This document shows positions 57,552-64,000 of a stretch of 64,000 bases of DNA, piece after piece (position 1 is the first letter of the stretch; the number at the start of each line of letters is the position of its first letter). The DNA is from an uncultured cyanobacterium (lineage in GTDB: Bacteria; Cyanobacteriota; Cyanobacteriia; PCC-6307; Cyanobiaceae), in assembly GCA_963697335.1 (NCBI GenBank), contig CAVONQ010000006.1:97237-161236 (forward strand), read 5' to 3'. A model generated the notes under the pieces. That model searched no databases. It was not told the origin of the DNA and saw only the letters and a list, made by a program, of their open reading frames with translations. Both the position numbers and the translations under genes were made by a program.

Positions 57552-58346
57552 CTAAAGCGCGGGCTGCTGCTGGGCGGTGTCGTCACGGTCCTGGCGGCGT
57601 TGCTGGTGGGGCGCCGCATGTTGCGGCTGGCTTTCCTCCCCCTGCAGCGCCAGGTGAGTGCGCTGCAACGGTTCACCGCCGACGCCTCGCACGAACTGCG
57701 CCACCCGCTCACGGCCCTGCGCACCCAGCTGGCGGCGGTGCCGTCGGAGCTGCGCCGGCAGCCAGCCCTGGCCTGGGGTGAGCTCGACGCCCTCAGCCGC
57801 CGCATGGGCGACCTGCTCGACGATCTGCTGCTGCTCGCCCGCCAGGAGCAGGCCGGCCTGGAGGGGCCACTGACCCCCGCGGAGCTGCAGGATTTTGATC
57901 TGCTGGAGCTGCTGGAAGACCTGCTCCGCTGTTACGTGCCGCAGGCAGCCGCCCGTTTCGTTCGGCTTGAGCTCAATCCTGATCCGGCAACCCACAGCGT
58001 TCCGTTCCGTGGGCAGAGCGAGCCGCTACTGCGGCTGTTCACCAACCTGCTGCTCAATGCCCTCCGTCACAGCCCCGAGAGGGGCACGGTGTCGCTGCTG
58101 GTGAGCAGGGTGGGTCGCCTGATCAGGGTGACAGTGGCGGACCAGGGTCCTGGCATCCCGCCGCAGGACCGCGAGCAGTTGTTCGAGCGCTTCTGGAGCG
58201 GTACCGATCGCGGCGGTCACAGTGGTCTGGGCCTGGCGATCGGCCGTGCCATCGCCCGCCGCCATGGTGGTGTCCTGCGTCTGGGGGAGAGCCGGGCGGG
58301 CCGCTGCGAGCTGGTGGTGGAGCTGCCTTCCATGGACGCTCGATGA
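57528..58346 (+). pseudogene. 5'-truncated sensor histidine kinase (one TM, HisKA, HATPase)
   Basis: FTADASHELRHPL, NLLLNALRHS, DQGPGI, GLGLAI; sequence upstream of the TM is IS DNA. Confidence 0.75.
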
Positions 58347-58370
58347 AGCGTCGCCTGGGCCAGAAACCTC

Positions 58371-59060
58371 ATGACTACCTCATGGGATCTGCCGCACCCT
58401 GCCGCTATGAGCGCACCTCTTCATTCCGATCCCGGCGTGGCGGCCTTCGGGGCCAGCCTCACCGCCATCACCCTGGCCGAACTGGGTGACAAGACCTTCT
58501 TCATGGCGCTGATCCTGGCGGCGCGCCACCGCGCCAGGGATGTGTTCATCGGCGCTTTCGCGGCGCTCACGGCCGTCACGCTGATCTCCCTAGGTCTGGG
58601 CTATGGCCTGCGCGAGTTGCTGCCGGCTTCTGTGGTGCCCTGGCTGGCGGCAGCGCTGTTCCTGGGCTTCGGGGTGAAGCTGCTGGCCGATGCTCAGGGC
58701 ATGGGCGCCGATGAGGCAGAAGAGGAAGAGCAGGAGGCCGAGCAGGCGATCAACGAGGCCGAGAGCCGCCGCCGCATCAGCACCACCTGGGCAGTGATCT
58801 GGGAGGCGTTCGTGCTGGTGTTCATCGCCGAGCTCGGCGATCGCACCCAGTTCACCACCATCTTTCTGGCCACCGCACCGGCGTTCACCTTCGCGGGCCT
58901 ACTGGCTGGCACGCTGATGGGCCACGCCCTGGTCACCTGGCTGGCGGTGGGGGCCGGCAAGTGGATCGGAGGTCACATCAGCGAACAGCTGCTCTATCGG
59001 CTGAGCGGTGGCTTGTTCATCGCCTTTGGGCTGTTCGCGTTCAAACAGGCACTGGGCTGA
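58371..59060 (+). CDS. TMEM165/GDT1 (UPF0016) family Mn/Ca transporter
   Basis: Duplicated ELGDKT / ELGDRT motifs; alternative start near 58407. Confidence 0.9.
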   Translation: MTTSWDLPHPAAMSAPLHSDPGVAAFGASLTAITLAELGDKTFFMALILAARHRARDVFIGAFAALTAVTLISLGLGYGLRELLPASVVPWLAAALFLGFGVKLLADAQGMGADEAEEEEQEAEQAINEAESRRRISTTWAVIWEAFVLVFIAELGDRTQFTTIFLATAPAFTFAGLLAGTLMGHALVTWLAVGAGKWIGGHISEQLLYRLSGGLFIAFGLFAFKQALG

Positions 59061-59157
59061 ACGAGTCAGCAGGGTCCAGGCTGAGCTGGCGGGATGCCTC
59101 CTTCGGGCGTCTCGATGACAAGGCGCCTGACCACATCCCCTCAACCTCTCTCCCCAA

Positions 59158-60066
59158 ATGGTCTTCGCCTCCCCCCGCCACTACATGCTGCTGTCGACGG
59201 CAGCGGCTGTCGCGACGATCGTGCTGAAAACGCTGGCCTGGCGCCTGACCGGCTCGGTCGGTCTCCTCTCTGATGCGATGGAGTCCGGGGTCAACCTGAT
59301 TGCCGCCATCGGCGCTTTCTGGGCGCTGACCCTGGCCGCAAAGCCTGCCGATCGCAGACACCATTACGGCCATTTCAAGGCCGAATACTTCTCCAGCGGT
59401 CTGGAAAGTGTGCTGATCGTGGTGGCGGCCCTGGCCATCATCCACGCTGCCATCGGCCGCCTGCAGCAGCCCCAGCCGCTCGAACAGCTCGGCATCGGCC
59501 TTGCTATTTCCCTCCTCGCAACCGCGCTCAATGGCCTGGTGGCCTGGGTGCTTTTCAAGGCCGCGCGACGCTTTGATTCGATCACCCTGCGGGCGGATGC
59601 CCACCATCTGCTCACCGATGTCTGGACCTCCATCGGTGTGGTCATCGGCATCGGTCTGGTCAAGCTGACCGGCCTGACGATCCTCGATCCGCTGATCGCG
59701 ATCGCCGTGGCGGTGAACATCGTGTTCACAGGCTGGCAGCTGTTGCATGAAACTGCCTCCGGTCTGCTGGATCGCTCCTTGCCCGATCAGGAGCAGCGGC
59801 TGCTGGAGAACCTGCTGGCCTCCTATGAAAGCGACGAGATCCGCTTCCATGCGCTGCGCACGCGTGTGGCCGGCTCGCGCCGCTTTGTGTCGTTCCACGT
59901 GCTTGTGCCTGGTCACTGGAGCGTGCAGGCAGGCCACGACCTCTGTGAGCAGCTGGAGCACAAGGTGGCCGCCACCTTGACCCGCACGCATGTGTTCACT
60001 CATCTCGAGCCGATCGAGGATCCGAAAGCCTGGGAAGACCAGGGCTTCCGCTGGGAGCAGGGCTGA
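59158..60066 (+). CDS. Cation diffusion facilitator family transporter
   Basis: SVGLLSDAMES, HYGHFKAEY, ADAHHLLTDVWTS, THLEP. Confidence 0.9.
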   Translation: MVFASPRHYMLLSTAAAVATIVLKTLAWRLTGSVGLLSDAMESGVNLIAAIGAFWALTLAAKPADRRHHYGHFKAEYFSSGLESVLIVVAALAIIHAAIGRLQQPQPLEQLGIGLAISLLATALNGLVAWVLFKAARRFDSITLRADAHHLLTDVWTSIGVVIGIGLVKLTGLTILDPLIAIAVAVNIVFTGWQLLHETASGLLDRSLPDQEQRLLENLLASYESDEIRFHALRTRVAGSRRFVSFHVLVPGHWSVQAGHDLCEQLEHKVAATLTRTHVFTHLEPIEDPKAWEDQGFRWEQG

Positions 60067-60134
60067 GGCACCGCAAGCAAAGCTCTGCAGAACCAACCCT
60101 CGCGACAACCAGTTTCTCTTTTCGTTTTCGTGCC

Positions 60135-60665
60135 ATGCCCCACCCCTACCAACCTTCCCTTTTGCGCCTGCTGCATGGCGCCACGGCTTTGCTGGTGCCG
60201 CTGGCCTGGCTAACGGGCTTGGTCGTGTACTCCACGTATGACGGGCGATTGGGCCGGCTGCCCTTCTCCCTTCCTGGTGACTGGATCGACATCCACGGCA
60301 CGGTAGGTGTGGTGCTGTGGCCGATCGCCCTGCTGTTCGGGCTCTATGCCCTCTCGCTGGGCCGGGCCCGCCTGAACCAAGCGGCCAATACCGCGGCTCT
60401 GCTTGGCCTGGTGCTGGCTGCAGGCAGCGGCAAGTTGATGCAGGAAGACTGGTTGCCCAGCGACCAACTCGATCACCTCGCCTACAGCCTGCATCTGCTG
60501 GCCTGGATGCTGATTGCCGCTGCGATGCTCTGGCACGTGGCCGCAGTCCTGCGGCGGGGAGGATCCTCACTTGCACGCTCGATGTTCCTGTTCCCTGTGC
60601 GCAGCAATGACCAGCCGCAGCACTGGCCAGCGCAGGTGAGTCGCTGGTTTCGGCAGTCCTTCTGA
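60135..60665 (+). CDS. Cytochrome b/b6 domain membrane protein
   Basis: LRLLHG, DIHG, SLH, WH haem ligands in 4 TMs. Confidence 0.75.
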   Translation: MPHPYQPSLLRLLHGATALLVPLAWLTGLVVYSTYDGRLGRLPFSLPGDWIDIHGTVGVVLWPIALLFGLYALSLGRARLNQAANTAALLGLVLAAGSGKLMQEDWLPSDQLDHLAYSLHLLAWMLIAAAMLWHVAAVLRRGGSSLARSMFLFPVRSNDQPQHWPAQVSRWFRQSF

Positions 60666-60697
60666 GCAGGTCCTCAGCCAAGACGAGCATGAGGCCT

Positions 60698-60980
60698 ATG
60701 ACCAATCACCAAAAGCCCCCGGGAGGGCTGGCTCAGCGATGGCCGCCAGGTGCTGCACTTCAACCCGGTTCGTTACAGCCGCTTTCCTCAGACCCTGGAG
60801 CTCACCAGTGGCGAACTAAACCCCGGACAGGCTCCGCTGCTCTAGTCGCAACCTTCCACGAAATGGTAGTGCCGCAAGGAGATCACGCGGGAGGAGGCAA
60901 TCAAGATCTGTGCCCAGAAGCGTAAGGCCAGCTGGCAGGTCTGCCCGCCCCAGTGGACTCCTCCAAACTTCCCTCATTGA
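60698..60980 (+). pseudogene. DUF1651-like pseudogene
   Basis: GWLSDGRQVLHF...PLL*..*..ITREEAIK...WQVCPPQW with a frameshift and stops. Confidence 0.6.
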
Positions 60981-61030
60981 TATCCATTGAGGCGCGTTGA
61001 GGTCGGGCGATAGCGCCGGCTCCGCCACGG

Positions 61031-61887
61031 TTAGTTGATCGGCCTGCTCTCCTTCACCCCGCCCAGCAGCTGCTCCACCACCAGCTTGAGCAGCAGCGAC
61101 ACCAGCCCCACGCCCCCCAGCACCAGGGCGGCGCCGTAGGCCAGTTCGGTGTCGTATTGCTTGTAGGCATCCTCCACGAACAGCGGCAGGGTCTGGGTCT
61201 GGCCGGCGATGTTGCCGCTCACCACGGCCACGGCGCCAATTCCCCCAGGGCCCTTGCGGTGGTGAGGATCAGGCCATAAACGACGGCCCAGCGCACCGAA
61301 GGCAGCGTGACCTTCCAGAACACCTGCCAGTTGCTGGCGCCGAGGGTGCGAGCGGCCTCCTCCTGATCCCAGCCTTCTTCCTCCAGCAGGGGGATCACCT
61401 CCCTGGCCATGAAGGGGAAGGTGACGATAATCGTGGCCAGGGCCATGCCGGGCCAGGAGAAGATGATCTGCCAGCCCAAGCTGCTCACAATCCCGCCTAG
61501 GAGGCCATTGGTAGGGCTGTAGAGCAGCACCAGCATCAGGCCCACCACCACCGGTGAGATTGAGAAGGGCAGGTCAATCACGCTGAGCAGCAGTGCCTTG
61601 CCGGGGAACTGGCGCCGGGCGATGGCCGTGGCGGCCGCCAGGCCAAAGATCGTGTTGGCTGGCATGGCAATCAGCGTGCAGCGCAGGGTGAGCAGCACGG
61701 CGGAGCGCAGCTCCTCGGTTTGGAAGTTCTCGATGAAAGGGGTCAGCCCCGGAACGGCTCCCGCCACCACCTCCAGGGCCGGCAGCAGGATGATCACGCC
61801 CACATAGAGGCAGGCGATCAAGGGAATCAGCACCGATGCCGATGGGCGAGGCAGGCGATTGAAAACAGTGCGCAGCTGGGATGTCAT
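61031..61887 (-). pseudogene. cysW: Sulfate ABC permease CysW, frameshifted near 61240
   Basis: DLPFSISPVV, EEAARTLGA, ARALGE | AVVSGNIAGQTQTLPL. Confidence 0.8.
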
Positions 61888-61928
61888 GAACGGAGTAGCC
61901 AGGGGAATCGTGGGGAGGATGGTGATGG

Positions 61929-62796
61929 TCAGGCGGTCTGCGCCGGATTGGCTTCCCAGTTGCGGCCCCACACCTGCAGGCCGTTGATCGACCAGCAGGC
62001 TCAGCAGCGAGAACAGCAGCATCACCATGCCGATCACCGTGGCGGAGGCGAAGTCGTATTCCTCCAGCTTCTGGATGATCAAGGTGGGGGTGATCAGGTC
62101 GCGGAACGGCACGTTGGAGGAAATCATCACCACCGAGCCGTATTCCCCCACCGCTCGGCTGTAGCCCTGGGCGACGCCGGCCAGGATCGCCGGCATCAAC
62201 TGGGGCAGCACGACTTTGAGCAGGGTCTGGCGCGGGCTGGCACCCAGGCACCAGGCGGCCTCTTCCTGGTCGTGCTCCAGGGCCTCCAGCACCGGCTCGA
62301 CGCTGCGCACCACAAAGGGCAGGGAGATGAACACCATGGCGATGGCCACCCCCAGCCAGGTGAACGACACCTTGATGCCGAACAGGGCCTGCAGGGGGGC
62401 GCCGAGCCAGCCGTTGGTGCTGTGATGCGGCCAGGGCCAGGCCCGCCACCGCCGTAGGCAGGGCAAAGGGCAGATCGATCAGCGAATCCAGCAGCCGCCT
62501 GCCGGGGAACTCACAGCGCACCAGGGCCCGGCAATCACCAAGCCGAACACCCCGTTGATCAAGGCGGCCAGGAGCGCAAGCCCAAAACTGATGCGGTAGG
62601 TGGCCAGGGCCTCGGGGGAGGTGGCCAGCTGCCAGAACTGGGCCGGTCCCACCGCAGCGGCCTTGAGGGCCAGGGCGCCGAGAGGCAGAAACAGCACCAG
62701 GGCCAGATAGAGCCAGGTGATGCGCCAGGACCAACTGAGCTGTAGCCAGCTCGGCCAGGTGAATCCCCGGCGGCGGGCTGAGAGCGCAGGAGCCAT
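61929..62796 (-). pseudogene. cysT: Sulfate ABC permease CysT, several frameshifts
   Basis: [37 protein letters not shown] in different frames. Confidence 0.8.
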
Positions 62797-62916
62797 GGAG
62801 GGAAACCGGACGTGGGCGGACCGTATCACCGTTTGACGACTTATTCAACGGTTTGCCGGTGGGAAAATCGCTGTTCGCTGTAGGGTGGCGCCCGTCGTCC
62901 TGGTCCCCCTCCTGTC

Positions 62917-63922
62917 ATGGGCATCCGCGTTGCTGGTGTTTGCAAAGAGTTCGGTTCCTTCCGGGCTGTCGACAACGTCACCCTTGATGTCGACACCGGC
63001 TCGCTGGTGGCCCTGCTCGGACCCTCCGGTTCCGGCAAGAGCACCCTGCTGCGACTGATCGCCGGCCTGGAAGAGGCTGATGCGGGGCGGGTCTGGATCA
63101 CCGGCGAGGAGGCCACCACGCGCTCGGTGCAGGAACGCCAGGTGGGCTTTGTGTTCCAGCACTTCGCCCTGTTCAAGCACCGCACCGTGCGCCAGAACGT
63201 CGGCTTTGGCTTGGAGCTGCGCGGCTGGAAGCACGAGGCGATCCGTCGGCGCGTCGATGAGCTGCTGGAGCTGGTGCAGCTGCAGGGCTTCGGCAATCGC
63301 TATCCGTCCCAGCTCTCCGGCGGCCAGCGACAGCGCGTGGCCCTGGCCCGGGCCCTGGCGGTGCAGCCGCGGGTGCTGCTGCTCGATGAGCCCTTCAGCG
63401 CGCTCGACGCCAAGGTGCGCAAGGAGCTGCGGGCCTGGCTGCGCAACCTCCACCGACGAGATGCACGTCACCACGGTGATCGTGACCCACGACCAGGAGG
63501 AGGCCATGGAGGTGGCCGACGAGATCGTGGTGATGAACCAGGGCCGCATCGAGCAGATCGGAAGCCCCGCCCGGATCTAAGACCAGCCGGCCAGCCCGTT
63601 TGTGATGAGCTTTGTGGGGGCGGTGAATGTTCTGCCCTCCCATGTCCCCCTGGCTCACAATCGGGACCGGCGGGGGAGGTTTTCATCCGGCCCCACGATC
63701 TGGAATTGCACCGCCAGCCCCAGGACGGCAGCGTGCCAGCGGTGCTGCGCCGCCTTCCCCATTTGGGCCGCGATATCCAGGCTGAACTCACCCTGGACAG
63801 CGGTGAAATTGTGGTGGCCCAGTTGCCACGGGAGCGTATTGACTATGTAGACCTCAAAGCTGGCGATGCCCTTCACATCACCGCCGCGATTCCCGCACCT
63901 TTGTGCCGGACTTGTGATCTGA
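62917..63922 (+). pseudogene. cysA: Sulfate ABC ATP-binding protein CysA, frameshifts and an in-frame TAA
   Basis: [26 protein letters not shown], then frame change to [11 protein letters not shown] at 63578-80; end approximate. Confidence 0.8.
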
Positions 63923-64000
63923 AGCTCAGGGCCTGGCACCAATCGGTAGGCCCTGGGCGTCAAACACGTTTTCAAAGAGAGCGGTGTGCGATAGCGCTCG

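Noticed and set aside
58347..58406. yybP-ykoY Mn riboswitch before the GDT1 gene
   Set aside because: Spacer too short and no recognisable motif

Overview
High-GC picocyanobacterial chromosome (Cyanobium/Synechococcus-like, judged from apcD, ocp-crtW-frp, psb32, pxcA and hli). Positions 1-37 kb are a core block: trmL, cobU, pxcA, psb32, lptC, metG, RNase II, rpsR/rpmG, pheT, rlmD, apcD, sigF, gpsA, metH, ilvE, cobN and hemJ. This block is interrupted by a ~1.1 kb lower-GC non-coding segment (15977-17072) rich in GTCTC/GAGAC motifs and palindromes. It lies directly downstream of a gene for a ribbon-helix-helix + J-domain protein, and this pairing is the best candidate for an undescribed system. 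Positions 38-52 kb hold photoprotection and stress accessory genes: hli, sodC, ocp-crtW-frp, an internally deleted GluR0-like channel, an ABC1 kinase, msrA and an FeS-less photolyase. Positions 52.6-64 kb look like a decaying island: a Q/M-repeat SHOCT protein converging on an Anbu-transglutaminase operon, a broken IS5-family element between two 5'-truncated genes, metal transporters, and a frameshifted cysTW/cysA sulfate transporter. No tRNA, rRNA or CRISPR array was seen. Family calls come from motif recognition only; no searches were run.
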